A stretch of DNA of 62,361 nucleotides, counting the filler, from Basidiobolus meristosporus CBS 931.73 (taxonomy: Eukaryota > Fungi > Basidiobolomycota), in assembly GCA_002104905.1 (NCBI GenBank). It is 3 parts of 3 records of this genome, joined end to end, with 100 filler letters (N's around TTAATTAATTAA, not from the genome) between each part and the next. Parts side by side here need not be neighbours in the genome. Positions count along the whole stretch, not along the records: positions 1 to 23,666 come from MCFE01000962.1; 2 more parts are not named here. One strand, given 5' to 3'. Below the pieces are notes generated by a model. That model worked only from the letters and a program-made list of their open reading frames with translations. It searched no databases and was not told the DNA's origin. Shown one piece after another: positions 1 to 11,997 of this stretch. The stretch's first letter is position 1. Each line of letters opens with the position of its first letter. Made by a program: the position numbers and the translations under genes.

Positions 1-1138
1 ATAGTTGTGAGCAGTGAACCATAATAATGTAAGAGATACTAGATGCGCATTAAAGACAGCTTGTAGATGATCCATGAGCTGCAACTGGCTTGTTTGAATC
101 ACTAATGTATTGTTATTGCCTTTATATCCAGGGGTAGCTGATAGTAAGCATGTTGAGTGAACTCAAATAATCAAAGAATGAGGAAAGCCAATGATAGGTA
201 CATGGGGATTAAGGTTGATTTTGCCACATTCAATCTTAGTATATTGCCAGGTATAATAATAAGATGGTTTGAGGAAGAAGCCTGAATGCATTCATGTTGC
301 ATACATGTATGATCTATGTGGGAGGCCATCTTCTAGTATATTGGCTTCTTACTGCAATGTCTTAATGTTAAAGTCATTTGCTGCCTATTAAAAACTTGGT
401 TTTGCTTACTTAAAATAGGAGAGAGTTGAGGCCATGTCAATCCTTCATAGGCACACAACTATTCATGCTTACTGGGATCTTCTTTACATCTAGTGTTGCA
501 CTTCCATCAACTTGGTATTAACAGACTTGGTATCTCTGTAATTGTTTGACTGCAGTGAATGCAGTGGCTTGCTAGCAGAATCAGCTCTATTAGGTGAATA
601 TTTAGGTGCAATTACAAGCTTTTACAACATCATTAAAGGTTCTGTTTAAGTAAGAGCAACTATGGTAATAAAGTCCAATGTTTACACTATATATCTAACT
701 TTTTATGCTTATTAGATAATAGATAATCTTACCAAGGGAGTCATATTTCAAGGAAAGCAGATAAAGGTCAATGAATACATGATGTTGTTGTTGTAAAAAT
801 TTGTATTTTCCACCTAAATATTCACCTAACTTAGTCACTCAGATCATCACCTTCAAATCCTAGAGAATACTGACCAAATTCCTTGTCGGGATTTACTTAG
901 AATATTTTCACCAAAATACCAGGTACCCAGAACATGAAAATTTGATAAGTTGTCCAAACAGCCCCAAACTTTGCACACATGTTCTTGGGACCTTCCTTAA
1001 CCTATTCTACGTGTTTGTAATGCTAAGACCATGTAAAAGTATAAATACTACTTTTACATTCAATAAATCATTAAGTGAAAACCACATAATCTACTTGTTC
1101 TCCAAATCACTTCCAATATCTCCAAGACTCTTACAACA

Positions 1139-1150
1139 GGTTATGAGCCC
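1139..1150 (+). promoter_or_regulatory. Primer-binding site GGTTATGAGCCC (half-tRNA-iMet type)
   Basis: Directly follows the 5' LTR; matches the copia/Ty5-type PBS complementary to the tRNA-iMet anticodon arm. Same site at 51854-51865. PPT GAGTGGGAG at 5117-5125 and 55832-55840. Confidence 0.8.
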
Positions 1151-4100
1151 CAAGCTGTCACTCTCTGCAATGTCTACTACTGCTATTACTGGAATTTTTC
1201 CCTCTGCTGAAAAGTTGGATGGATCTAACTACCAAGTGTGGAAGGTGAAGATGAAGATGCTGCTACAAGAAAGAGGCCTTTGGGATATTTTCATGGGAGA
1301 AGAATGCCCTCCTAAAAGCGTAGGAGAGGAAGCCTTAAAGTACCAGAAGAAAGAACAAAGTGCCTTTAACTGCATTTGCCTTAATGTCAAGGACAAATTG
1401 CTAATTCAATGCTCAAGAGCAAAAACGGCAAAGAATGCCTGGAAGGCATTAGAAGACACCTACCAGTCATGTTCAGCTGCCAAGAAAATGTATCTGAGAA
1501 GAAAACTCTTTACTACAAAGATGCTGCCAGGAGAAGAAATGAAAAATCTAATTAACAGAATTACCCTGCTGGTAGATGAGATGGAATCTGTGGGCGTACC
1601 AACTACTGATGAGGATGTGATAGTTACCATCCTGAATAGCCTGACAGACAAGTTTCAGGGCCTTGTATCAGCCCTAGAGTCCAGAACTGAAGATTTGACC
1701 TTAAATTACGTATATGGAAGGCTCCTGGATGAAGAATTAAGAAAATCAAGCGCTAATAAGAAGGAAGAAGAAAATGCTTTAATAAGCAATGATAACCAAC
1801 AAAGGAGGTACCCAAGACCCTACAAAGGCAACAGCAACCTATTTTGCAACTACTGCAAAAGGAAAGGACACACATCAGACCGGTGTTTCAAAAAGAGAGA
1901 TTATCAGCAAAAGAAGCCTGAATATGGAAATGCTGCAACAACTGAAGATAGACTATTCATATCTGCACTAAATATGACCACAAACAAGGATTCTCAGACG
2001 TGGTATATTGACTCTGGAGCTTCTCAACACTTTACACACCAAAAAGAACTTTTTACCCAATATCAAGAAATTCCAATTAAGAAGGTTTTCATGGGTGACA
2101 ATAGAACACTTGATGCAGTGGGAGAAGGAACTATCCAAGTAAACCTTAGAAGCAGTGAAGGGAGCCATACACTGACCTTGAAAGAAGTACTCTATGTACC
2201 AGAAATAGCCAAGAACCTACTCTCTGTAAGCAAGGCCACAGCAGAAGGACTCAGTTTCAGTTTTGACAATTCTGGATGCAGGATCACTGATCAAAATGGT
2301 GCCCATATTGCTTTGGGCATCAGAGATCAGAATCTATACAAGTTGACTTATATTCCATCATATCTGGAAGCCAATATAAGTAACTTAAATGAAGAAACAC
2401 CAATGCTTTGGCACAGGAGATTTGGACACATCAATTTTGATTATTTGTGTAAAATGATCAAAGATCAGCTAATTTCTGGAGTGAAAATTGATCCCCCAGC
2501 TAATTTGGAGCACTGTGAAGCCTGCATATATGGGAAACAAGCCAGACAACCATTCAAGAGCTCTGGGTTAATCAAAACTAAGAAAAAATTAGATCTAATT
2601 CACTCAGATCTGTGTGGACCTATGCAAAATTTATCCTTAGGCGGGATGAAGTATTTAATCACTTTTATTGATGATTATACAAGATACACATGGGTCTACT
2701 TCATGGAGAGAAAGGAAGAAGCTCTGTCTAAGTTCAGGGAGTTTAAAGCCATGGTGGAGAGAGAAACTGGTGAAAAAATCAAGAAAATACGCTCTGACAA
2801 TGGTGGAGAATATACCTCAAAACTCTTCATCCACTTCTGCAAAATTCATGGGATAAAGCAAGAGACTACTGTACCATACTCCCCACAGCAAAATGGAGTA
2901 GCAGAACAAGCTAACAGATCAATAATTGATATGGCAAGATCTATGATCCATGATCAAAAATTATCCTATGATTTTTGGGCGGAATCAGTTGCCACTGCTG
3001 TATATCTTAAAAATAGGAGTTATAACAGAATACTTCGTGATTCTACTCCATTTGAAGCATGGTATGGATACAGACCAAGTGCAGAACATCTAAGAATATT
3101 TGGGTGTACAGCATATGCCAAAAAACTGGCCGGAAATCAGTCAAAATTTGAGCCAAAAAGTGTAAAATGCATATTTTTGGGCTACTGCAATGAGAGTAAG
3201 GCATACAGACTCTACAATACCGAAGCAAAGAAGCTGATCAAGTCCAGGGATGTGTTGTTTGATGAAAATTCAAAATTTTCACAAAAAATGACATCAGATG
3301 ATGACGAAAATTTGATCTCAAGTCCACCAATTGTCAGGATTGAATCAGAGCAAAACAATGAAAATTTTTTCACTCCAGAGGACTCTACAACCGTGGTTCA
3401 GCCAGAATCAGTGCCCAGGAATATCCCAGAAGTGATCATTCCAGTATCAAATGCCCGGAGATCCAATCAGACAAGAAATAGCCCAAATTACTATATCAAT
3501 GAGGGTACAAACTTAGCCTATGCCTATTCAGTCCATGTTGATGAACCCCAGACTGTAAAAGAGGCCCTAAATAGCCCTCAGACAAAGTTTTGGAGATCTG
3601 CAATGACTGAGGAATATCAGGCACTGATGGAAAATCAAACTTGGGACTTAGTCAAATTACCAATCAACCGAAAATCAATTGGATGCAGATGGGTCTTCAA
3701 GACAAAATACAAGGCTGATGGTACAATTGAAAGATACAAAGCAAGACTTGTAGCCAAAGGATACTCTCAAACAAAAGGACTTAACTATACTGAGACCTTT
3801 GCACCGGTAGCCAAGTTTAATTCCATCAGATTAATATTGGCTATTGCAGCCAAATATAAGTTTTTTATTCATCAAATGGATGTAAAAACTGCATTTTTGA
3901 ATGGGGAACTTGATGAGGACATGTATATGGACCAGCCTGATGGGTTTGTTGACCAAGATAACCCCCATTTGGTCTGCAAGCTTAAAAAGTCACTATATGG
4001 TCTCAAACAATCACCAAGAGCCTGGAATTGCAAGATAGATTCTTATTTGGAATCTTTGAGTTTCAAAAGGAGTAATGCTGACTATAGTATATACTATAAG

Positions 4101-5114
4101 CCAGATAGAGCAAATCCAGTTCTATTAGCTCTATATGTGGATGATCTTATTATAGCCGCCAATAACCTAGAAACATTGGAAGAGACTAAATCCAGCCTAT
4201 CTAAGGAGTTCAAGATGTCCGATCTAGGAGAACTTAGTTACTACTTAGGGATTAAGTTCTCCATAGACAGAAGTACCCAGACTATTACCCTAAGCCAATC
4301 CAAGTATATTCAAGATATACTAAAGAAGTACAAAATGGAAGACTGTAAACCGGCAGCTACCCCAATGGAGACAAACCTTAACTTGGTCAAAACTCAACCA
4401 AATCAAGAGAGCTTGGTGCCATCTGAAAGCCCTGACTTTCCTTATCAATCTATGGTCGGCAGTCTGATGTATATCATGCTTGGAACACGTCCAGACATCT
4501 CATATTCAGTGGGAGTTGTCAGCCAACATAATCAGAATTATGGATCTGATCATATTGCAGCAGTTAAGCGGATTTTTAGATACCTAAAAGGAACTGCTGA
4601 TATCTGCTTAAGATACACTTATAATGATTCAGAACAGGATCTTGTGGGATACTCTGATGCTGGTTGGGGACGAAATTTAGAAGACAGAAGATCCACCACA
4701 GGATACACCTTTCTTTACTGTAAAGGAGCCATTTCATGGAATTCAAGAAAGCAACCAACCGTAGCACTTTCTACTACAGAGGCAGAGTATATGGCAGCCT
4801 GTGAAGCTACAAAAGAAGCAATGTGGTTAAGAAAGCTCTTTACAGATTTAGGCCTATGTCAAAAAACACCTATTACTTTATTTCAAGATAATCAAGGATG
4901 TATACAATTAGGTAGAAATCCAACTTTTCATGCTAGAACCAAGCACATAGATATTAGACATCATTTCATACGTGAAGCTATAGAGAATAACTTAGTTAGC
5001 TTAGTTTACTGTCCTACAGATGAAATGATTGCAGACATATTTACCAAACCATTAGCTAGAGACAAGTTTGAATATCTTAGGTCAAAATTAGGACTAGTCA
5101 GTACGAACATTTAG
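1143..5114 (+). CDS. Copia Gag-Pol polyprotein (start at ATG 1143 or 1170)
   Basis: Gag KLDGSNY..W, CCHC knuckle CNYCKRKGHTSDRC, protease WYIDSGASQH, GAG-pre-integrase LWHRRFGH/CEAC, integrase IHSDLCGP..SDNGGEY..NGVAE, RT MDVKTAFLNG/LYVDD, RNase H YSDA..TEAEY..KHIDIRHH. Confidence 0.95.
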   Translation: MSPKLSLSAMSTTAITGIFPSAEKLDGSNYQVWKVKMKMLLQERGLWDIFMGEECPPKSVGEEALKYQKKEQSAFNCICLNVKDKLLIQCSRAKTAKNAWKALEDTYQSCSAAKKMYLRRKLFTTKMLPGEEMKNLINRITLLVDEMESVGVPTTDEDVIVTILNSLTDKFQGLVSALESRTEDLTLNYVYGRLLDEELRKSSANKKEEENALISNDNQQRRYPRPYKGNSNLFCNYCKRKGHTSDRCFKKRDYQQKKPEYGNAATTEDRLFISALNMTTNKDSQTWYIDSGASQHFTHQKELFTQYQEIPIKKVFMGDNRTLDAVGEGTIQVNLRSSEGSHTLTLKEVLYVPEIAKNLLSVSKATAEGLSFSFDNSGCRITDQNGAHIALGIRDQNLYKLTYIPSYLEANISNLNEETPMLWHRRFGHINFDYLCKMIKDQLISGVKIDPPANLEHCEACIYGKQARQPFKSSGLIKTKKKLDLIHSDLCGPMQNLSLGGMKYLITFIDDYTRYTWVYFMERKEEALSKFREFKAMVERETGEKIKKIRSDNGGEYTSKLFIHFCKIHGIKQETTVPYSPQQNGVAEQANRSIIDMARSMIHDQKLSYDFWAESVATAVYLKNRSYNRILRDSTPFEAWYGYRPSAEHLRIFGCTAYAKKLAGNQSKFEPKSVKCIFLGYCNESKAYRLYNTEAKKLIKSRDVLFDENSKFSQKMTSDDDENLISSPPIVRIESEQNNENFFTPEDSTTVVQPESVPRNIPEVIIPVSNARRSNQTRNSPNYYINEGTNLAYAYSVHVDEPQTVKEALNSPQTKFWRSAMTEEYQALMENQTWDLVKLPINRKSIGCRWVFKTKYKADGTIERYKARLVAKGYSQTKGLNYTETFAPVAKFNSIRLILAIAAKYKFFIHQMDVKTAFLNGELDEDMYMDQPDGFVDQDNPHLVCKLKKSLYGLKQSPRAWNCKIDSYLESLSFKRSNADYSIYYKPDRANPVLLALYVDDLIIAANNLETLEETKSSLSKEFKMSDLGELSYYLGIKFSIDRSTQTITLSQSKYIQDILKKYKMEDCKPAATPMETNLNLVKTQPNQESLVPSESPDFPYQSMVGSLMYIMLGTRPDISYSVGVVSQHNQNYGSDHIAAVKRIFRYLKGTADICLRYTYNDSEQDLVGYSDAGWGRNLEDRRSTTGYTFLYCKGAISWNSRKQPTVALSTTEAEYMAACEATKEAMWLRKLFTDLGLCQKTPITLFQDNQGCIQLGRNPTFHARTKHIDIRHHFIREAIENNLVSLVYCPTDEMIADIFTKPLARDKFEYLRSKLGLVSTNI

Positions 5115-5475
5115 CTGAGTGGGAGTGTTGTAAAAATTCGTATTTTCCACCTAAATATTCACCTAACTTAGTCACTCAGATCATCACCTTCAAATCCTAG
5201 AGAATACTGACCAAATTCCTTGTCGGGATTTACTTAGAATATTTTCACCAAAATACCAGGTACCCAGAACATGAAAATTTGATAAGTTGTCCAAACAGCC
5301 CCAAACTTTGCACACATGTTCTTGGGACCTTCCTTAACCTATTCTACGTGTTTGTAATGCCAAGACCATGTAAAAGTATAAATACTACTTTTACATTCAA
5401 TAAATCATTAAGTGAAAACCACATAATCTACTTGTTCTCCAAATCACTTCCAATATCTCCAAGACTCTTACAACA

Positions 5476-6050
5476 GTTGTATCCAAGAGAAAGTGTAATA
5501 AAACTCTTGAATGGTTTAACTGAACCAAAGGGACAATTAAGTGCAGAATCTTAGAATTGTCAGAGAGTGGCGGAAATATTAGCAGAAAGATTCTGATCTA
5601 ATATTGGTCTTGGATATAGCTGGGTTGGCTATAAAGGCAATGATATTTGTTTGCTAGGCAGGCTAGGCTTGGTGTTCTTTGGAGTGCTAGATATACTAGG
5701 CTTGGATAGAAACTAGAACGGAATTGTTGGATTCTTATTTTTGCTGAGACAGAATCTTAATTTTGTTGAGACACACACTAAACCAAAAGGTTCAGTACAC
5801 TTTATTTATACTCTTCTGATCAAGTTGAATTAGTAAGCGCCAAGGGACTGGATTGATTGAAATCAATTTGGGTGTTCATAGGTGCATAAGATAAATGAAA
5901 ATTACATCATCAATCAACTGATGTCTTGGCAACTGCACAGTGGTTGGATAGATCTCAGATGACTAATCATCTGGGAAGGCTTGGCAGATAGGTTGATAAC
6001 GTGATGACCATTTGAAAATAGATCAGGTGTGATAGCTAAAAATAGATTCT
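5476..6050. repeat. Degenerate dispersed repeat 'R', copy 1 (interrupted at its start by copia copy 1)
   Basis: Aligns by eye to 13948-14533 and 12737-12941 (e.g. cagaatcttagaattgtca, aggctaggcttggtgttctt, ctaaaaatagattctgag); CpG-poor; no ORF. Confidence 0.75.
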
Positions 6051-6658
6051 GAGGTGGGATCAAATAAACTGTAACTGGGATTTGTTATGTTTGGGTTAGG
6101 GAAAATCAGTTAGGGTACTAGATTTTCAAACGGAGTAAAATTGGCAAAGTTTTAAATGTTGATGCACAACACATGATATTTTTCAGGACTTGAAAGTACT
6201 AACCTAGCATGATGCATCAACCTTGCAGTTATGGAAGTGCTTTGAGCAACAAGTAGATACAGAGCATTGACTTAAAGGTCTATCAAATGTAAGAGTGATT
6301 CTCATCCATGACAAGGTCTTAGCACAAAAATACTTGGAGTATGCTATCATAGATCTCAGGTACATCTGTGCAAAGTCTGAGGGCTTTGGCCATCTTAGAG
6401 AATCTTTATGCTCTGTATACCAAGTATTATATTGGCATTTTCAAAGTAAATTCCAATCAAGATTTAAGCAATACATGGCAAACATATAAACAACAATATA
6501 TGTGGTTATGTAATGGAGTACATATCTGCAAGTATAAAGTTTGTTACACTAAGAGCCTTTTAGGGTTTGAATAGTCCAAGCAATCGGTATTGTGGTCCAG
6601 TGGACATTGATGAAGGCTGGGTTGCACACTTCTAAGAACTTTTCTGCATCAATAAAAG

Positions 6659-7015
6659 TGTTGTCATTATTAGGTTGTCATCTATATATTCACGCTAACT
6701 GAGTCATTTATATCATTACCTACAAATCTTTGAGAATTCTGAGTAAATTTCTTGTCGCAATTTACTTAGAATATTGTCACCAAATTATCAGGTACCCAGA
6801 ACATGAGATCTTGTTAAGTTGCTCAAAAGACCCCAAGCTTTGCACACATATTCTTAGGACCTTCCTTAATAAGCTCTACAGGCTTGTTTGTCTTGCTTTA
6901 TCAAAAGTATAAATACCATACTTTTGATCAATAAATCTACAAGTGAAAACCACATAATCTGCTGTTCTTCCAATCACTTCCAATCACTTCCAATATCTCC
7001 AAAACTCTGACAGCA
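6659..7015 (+). mobile_element. Solo LTR of a related copia family
   Basis: TGTTG...CAGCA termini; similar to the 350-bp LTR (atttacttagaatatt, caggtacccagaacatga, gtgaaaaccacataatct); TSD AAAAG on both sides. Confidence 0.88.
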
Positions 7016-7977
7016 AAAAGTAGCACCTCAGATCAAGATATACTATTACTCTGACTCATACAAAGGGCTTTACACTCTGGCCAAAAGTTATGGTTATTTC
7101 GTAACTGCCAATTGCCAGGAATATTGCAAAGTAGCTTAAAGCACCAGGAATACATGCGGATTTATTCTTGAGCTTAAGCAGGTATATTTGATTATGCCCT
7201 GGAGGCAATAACCATCAGAGTAGGGACCTGCCACACCGCGCTTGAGGGGCTAATAATTGCCAACCAGCGAAATAGCTATCTCGTTAATAAAACATATAAA
7301 AACCAAGTACTACAAAGGTATATTTCTGACAAGCGGGCATAAAAAGGGTCATGTTGTGAAAGCTTATAAAAAAGGCCCTAAGCACAGAAGTAGTAAAGAC
7401 AAAGGTATTGATTGACAACTGCTTCTAAAAAGATCCAATACAAATAATATCTGGTTGAAGCCAGCATAAACATCGCAAATATTTCCAGCCAAGTAGAGAT
7501 AAATACAATTTCGGGGGTAAAATGGATGTATTTGATAAAATATATCCGGTACATTGAATGTCACTTCGAGGCTTTGTGGAGTGCTACAATTCGAAATACT
7601 TGCAACAAAGCCATCAGAAGTAATCAACATATTTACCGAAGATTCAGTATGTAGATAGATTGTGGGGGTTGTAAGTCGTGCTTTCAGGCTTTGAAATATT
7701 GGGGCACCATCTAAAGCGAAAGTAAAGTCTCTGCCAACTATTCGCAATTAGGGTGACCAACGGCTTACCTATTGCTTAGTCAGTCAATGCGATTTCCTAT
7801 CAGCAACGAGAGTGGATCTCTACTCTTGGCGCTTCGATTACGTTATGCCCTTCTATTTTCATCGTCAGGTGGGAATATCACACTTGAGCGCTTCTTGTCG
7901 TATTCATTTCTTATGCGGTGAATGGTTTATAAACCGAAGTATCCATGCACAAAGATCCATCATTAAACCCCTACTCT

Positions 7978-8765
7978 ATGGCCGCCTACTACTTCTGCCT
8001 ACCGATTGTAATGGCCGCAGGGTTCGTCTAGCAACGGTACCGATCCGATCTTCCAGTATAATCGGAAGTACACGAACCTCTTCTGCGCCGATACCCAAGA
8101 TTGGTATAGTAGCCAATCTCCCAAAACATGGAGCGTCCTATACGGAACTTCGGTGAATGAGGAGTACAATAGTTTCCCACTAGCCAGCCATTGCCCATGG
8201 ACTACTACTGTTTATAAGTGTTACTGTTACTACAAAGATCACAGTTGTCGCCTGAATCCTAGGACATACAACAAAGGCCCCAAGCGATGTGATCAGAGCA
8301 GCTGTACTGAGACCATTGAAGTGGATATCGAGGATTCTTACACCGCAGAAGGTAGTGTTAATAGCGGTGTGAAAGCATTTGAGGGTCTTCTTGAGATTGG
8401 CGGAGCGGCAAAGTGCTCAACTACCAGCAAGGTCAGCACCAAAAAAACCATCGAGTCTCGCATGGTGAAAGGGGAAAGAAGTGGCAAGTCTCAATGCGGT
8501 GTGCGATGGCGAGATCTATGCTGAGGTATGGTGTTACAATCTTTTTGGGAAAACTGACCTCCATGAACAAAAGACGTACACAGCCCATAATGAGGCGCCG
8601 ATACTGATAGGGGATGCTTTGGCCACTAGCCAGAATTGCTACGACATCAACGATGACCCCGGTGTCAAGGGCAACTGTGATATACCAATAGGATCCTGGC
8701 TGCCTGAGTTTTTTTACTCCAAGACATTTACAATTTCAATTCTGTATTATCATATCCTTTCATAA
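7978..8765 (+). pseudogene. Frameshifted Cys-rich, probably secreted protein with a Ser/Thr-rich beta-hairpin-like segment
   Basis: Short hydrophobic leader (MAAYYFCLPIVMAAG), then coding-like pieces in shifted frames (8153-8524, 8481-8765); two apparent frameshifts. Confidence 0.35.
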
Positions 8766-9661
8766 AAGATGATTTCTATCGTCAAGTATGAGTCCCGTGG
8801 GTGAGTTTATTGCTTTGAATGCGGCGTCAACGCGGTTGCACAAATTGTTTTCTAGTAGTGTCAGGTGATGAGTATTTGCATGCATAATCTTTCATAGAAA
8901 CGCAAACATATAACGTAGTTGATCTGCATGCAATACAGCCGACAGAGATTTTTCAGAAATTGGTGACGCATTCATAACCACCTTGTCGCTTTTCCGGATG
9001 AGCCCTTTTTAAGGCTAATATTAACTAACACATACATGGAAGCCACTGTGAAAATCTCAGTAACGGCAAAAAGCATGCTTCCTAAATTGAGTATTACACA
9101 CCTACTTTATGCCTTGTGAGCAGGTGTCAGTAAAAGACACATTTGGATGTTCTTATAAAAGCAGATCTCTATCCGTTTGTTACGATATGAATTCCTTGCA
9201 ACCAGGTGCCAATGATAGTGTTGGTCCCAGCAGCCATATGGTGTGTGATTTGTAAGCTGCATTAACCTATTCGCACTGTACATTATCAATTGATACCCCC
9301 ACTACGGTACACAACTACATATTCCTAGCATGCCATGGATCAGCTGTTCCTTCATTATGTAATTATCTAAGCCTCAATTCCAGATCTTGCGAGGATGGTT
9401 GATTTCTAAACCCTAGCCCTAAGTGGTCATGCACTGGGATTGGATTGATCACGTACTTTCTGTATATCAGAACGGATCAGTCTTTATGTAATTGGGCATT
9501 GCATCAGTTAAGCATGCAGCGGCATTGGATCGAGATCATCCATTATTAAATGGGAGGTAGGAGTATTGAGCTCATACAAAGTTATTTGTGAGATAGGTTA
9601 GCAAAACTGCTTAGTGTGTACAGTGGGGTTTTCAGTGTTAAATGTTAGAAGCTGAGTTATC

Positions 9662-10624
9662 TTATGGCAGAGATGCAGTGTACGCCAACCACTGGAGCAC
9701 GCGATACAACTCATCCGGGCCTGCTACATCCACTGCATGCTGACACTGCAATCCTCCAACAGCAAAGGCCAGGTCTGCCTTCTTGAGCATCGGTAGGTCG
9801 GAAGATCCGTCCCCAGCAGCGATGACAACTCAGTCAGGAAACTGTTTCTTGAGAGTATCCAAGGCTTTTCCCTTGTTCTCAGAAACTAAGCACAAATCCA
9901 CGTAGCCAGGAGTGGGGACACATCTGAAATCACTATCGGATGCCAACTCCGTGACCTTCCCGCAAACAGCAGCATACACTTGCGGTGAGACATCTCGAAG
10001 ATCAACCGCAAAGCCTGCCACTTTCTCATTCACCCTTAGTTTGCCCCAACCTCGCAATCTGAGATAATTTCGCATCTCCAAAAGATATAAGGAGTAATCT
10101 GGAGTATTGCTAGAGCTGACTTGGCCATCAATACCCAAGATTTCCACGCCACATTCAGATGAGATGGCAGCAAAAACATCGCGGCCAGCGTTCTCGAGTA
10201 GATACCCGAGAGCCTGGGCAGAGTTAATGCAGATAGGAAATTGGTGGTTCAAGGCTCGCAGAAAATCCTTGCGGCTTTCCGTCAGCGACCCCCCAAGACC
10301 GGCAAGTGTGCCATCAAAGTCAAACACTCCTAAGAGCCTGCGGCGGTTCGACCAAAGAAATACTATATCACCAGCTGTCATTATCCGAAGAATATCAGGG
10401 TGGGAAACACACAGCTTGGTCGCTAGCTGGTCTACCTCATATGGTTCAAGCGAGAATGGCAGCAAAGGGATGGAGAGTGATGGCATAGATGGGTATAGGT
10501 GCTGGCAGGAAAGGTGGTTGATGATGGGAAAAGCACTCACCTTATATACCCCACAAGTGGACTGTAGTTTCAGAGGACAGGGTCTAACCCACGCTGTGAC
10601 TGGATCGATCTCACTTGTTGTCAC
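9662..10624 (-). pseudogene. HAD-superfamily IIB (trehalose-phosphatase-like) hydrolase with an in-frame TGA
   Basis: Motif I FDFDGTL and motif III NKGKAL; after TGA at 9830-9832 the same frame continues VVIAAGDGSSDLPML (motif IV) to a stop at 9662-9664. Confidence 0.7.
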
Positions 10625-11233
10625 ATCTTTGATCTGCAGATATGCTAGCTATTTCCATCTTTATATTGCAAGCTCATTTCCCTATTGTTGTGAGCCAAGA
10701 GTTTATCTGCTTGCATATCAGCACTAGAATTCTTGACGGACTATTGGAGAGTAAAAGATCCAATCGAAAAAATCCAGTGCAAGGCCAAGAGGTGCCATTC
10801 CAAAATACTAACCATCTACAGCTATCCGACTATAAATGAATGCATTACTTCGTTCTCGCTCTCATTTTTTTCCCCAATGTCAGACTTGGCGAGGATCGAC
10901 TGCCATTTCCTATGTGTGGCAAACAATGCCCATGGAATTACTATGAGTACTCCCCAGAGATAGCTTCCAATAGGCGAGTGTGCCAGCCATCGCTATCAGC
11001 CAAACTTCCCATGGTTGATGATGCTAGTGATGTTAGAAGGTGATCGCATGGTACATCTCAGCAGGTGAATCTGAATATAGACATGGACTCCTGTGTTAGT
11101 GTCCTAGTATAGAAGACATACTTCCTAGCGGTCAGCTGAAGAATTGTCCTAACTCTGCTTTGCTTCTTGGGGACCGTAACCTAGATAACCTACGGTATAT
11201 TCGCAATCTAACTGGAAGTTTTTTCTTGGAGAT

Positions 11234-11997
11234 TTATTGCGTCAACGTAGCTGCAGTATTTGGTGTATTCTGTAGAGTTAGAAGAGCCTCATTCTTTTCC
11301 ACATGGGCTGCTGAACAGGCTCGGATGATCGCCATCCAGGAGCGAACCAACAGATAGCTTGGGATCACAATCCAGATCCCGTTCATAGTGACGAAATAGA
11401 ACCAATAGTAAAGAGGATGAGGGTCGCTGTGAGGGCTTCCCTCGAAGAAGGTTGTAGCAAAGTAAAGAACATCCCCATACAGTTGGCAGATAGAAACCGA
11501 CAAAAGACCTAGGTGGCGACCGGGCGTTTGATTGAATACGCTGTGTAGAGTGCTAGGGGGCCATCCACGCACTAAATCGGCAAACTGTTAGAGCAATTTA
11601 ACACTAAAACTATTAACCCGATGGATCTCACCGCCGTGATTCGCTCCATGTTCAATACAAATGGATCACTGGAAAGGTAGCGGGAATCACCCTTGGAATA
11701 CTCCTTCCAGACCTGACCTAAGACAAATTGATCCCCAGCAAGAGAGGCGTAGTTTTGAATATAGTATCCCTCCAAGCCCACGTGAATAAGCCCAGCAAGT
11801 ACGCACCACATGAATAATAAGCGATCTTGAGTCTAGAGCTTCCTGTTTTCAAGGGCAATTTTTGCTGCTAGCAGAAGAATCGCTCCGAACGAGCCAAAGA
11901 CCACGCTCAGAATGTGCCCTGTTCCACTTGTGTTGGGAACATAATGCGGCAAAGAAAGGTTTCTTGGATAATACGGATGGCTATTGACGGTATTCAT
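11234..11997 (-). pseudogene. EBP: Emopamil-binding protein / sterol delta8-delta7 isomerase pseudogene
   Basis: MNTVNSHPYYPRNLSLPHYVPN N-terminus; LIHVGLEGY, WKEYSKGDSRY, QLYGDVLYF, MNGIWIVIP motifs; GT-AG intron 11572-11631; in-frame TAG at 11833-11835; frameshift after GPLALYTAY. Confidence 0.85.

Larger units (their letters stand above)
789..5475 (+). mobile_element. Full-length Ty1/copia LTR retrotransposon, copy 1
   Basis: Two 350-bp LTRs (789-1138 and 5126-5475; TGTTG...CAACA) with only about 2 differences seen by eye; 5-bp TSD GTTGT (784-788 / 5476-5480); PBS and PPT present; single gag-PR-IN-RT-RH ORF in copia order. Confidence 0.97.

Noticed and set aside
942-1142. Gag N-terminal extension starting inside the LTR (also 51585-51857, and ORFs 5279-5554 and 55922-56266)
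   Set aside because: These are LTR sequence read in frame; the starts lie upstream of the likely TATA (gtataaata) and differ between copies, so they are unlikely to be translated.
7100-7750. Possible Ty3/gypsy RT relic or membrane-protein ORF (7364-7747); partly similar to about 12630-12730
   Set aside because: Only faint motif echoes (GHNQI, GSYE..TFG) in broken frames; cannot be supported by eye.
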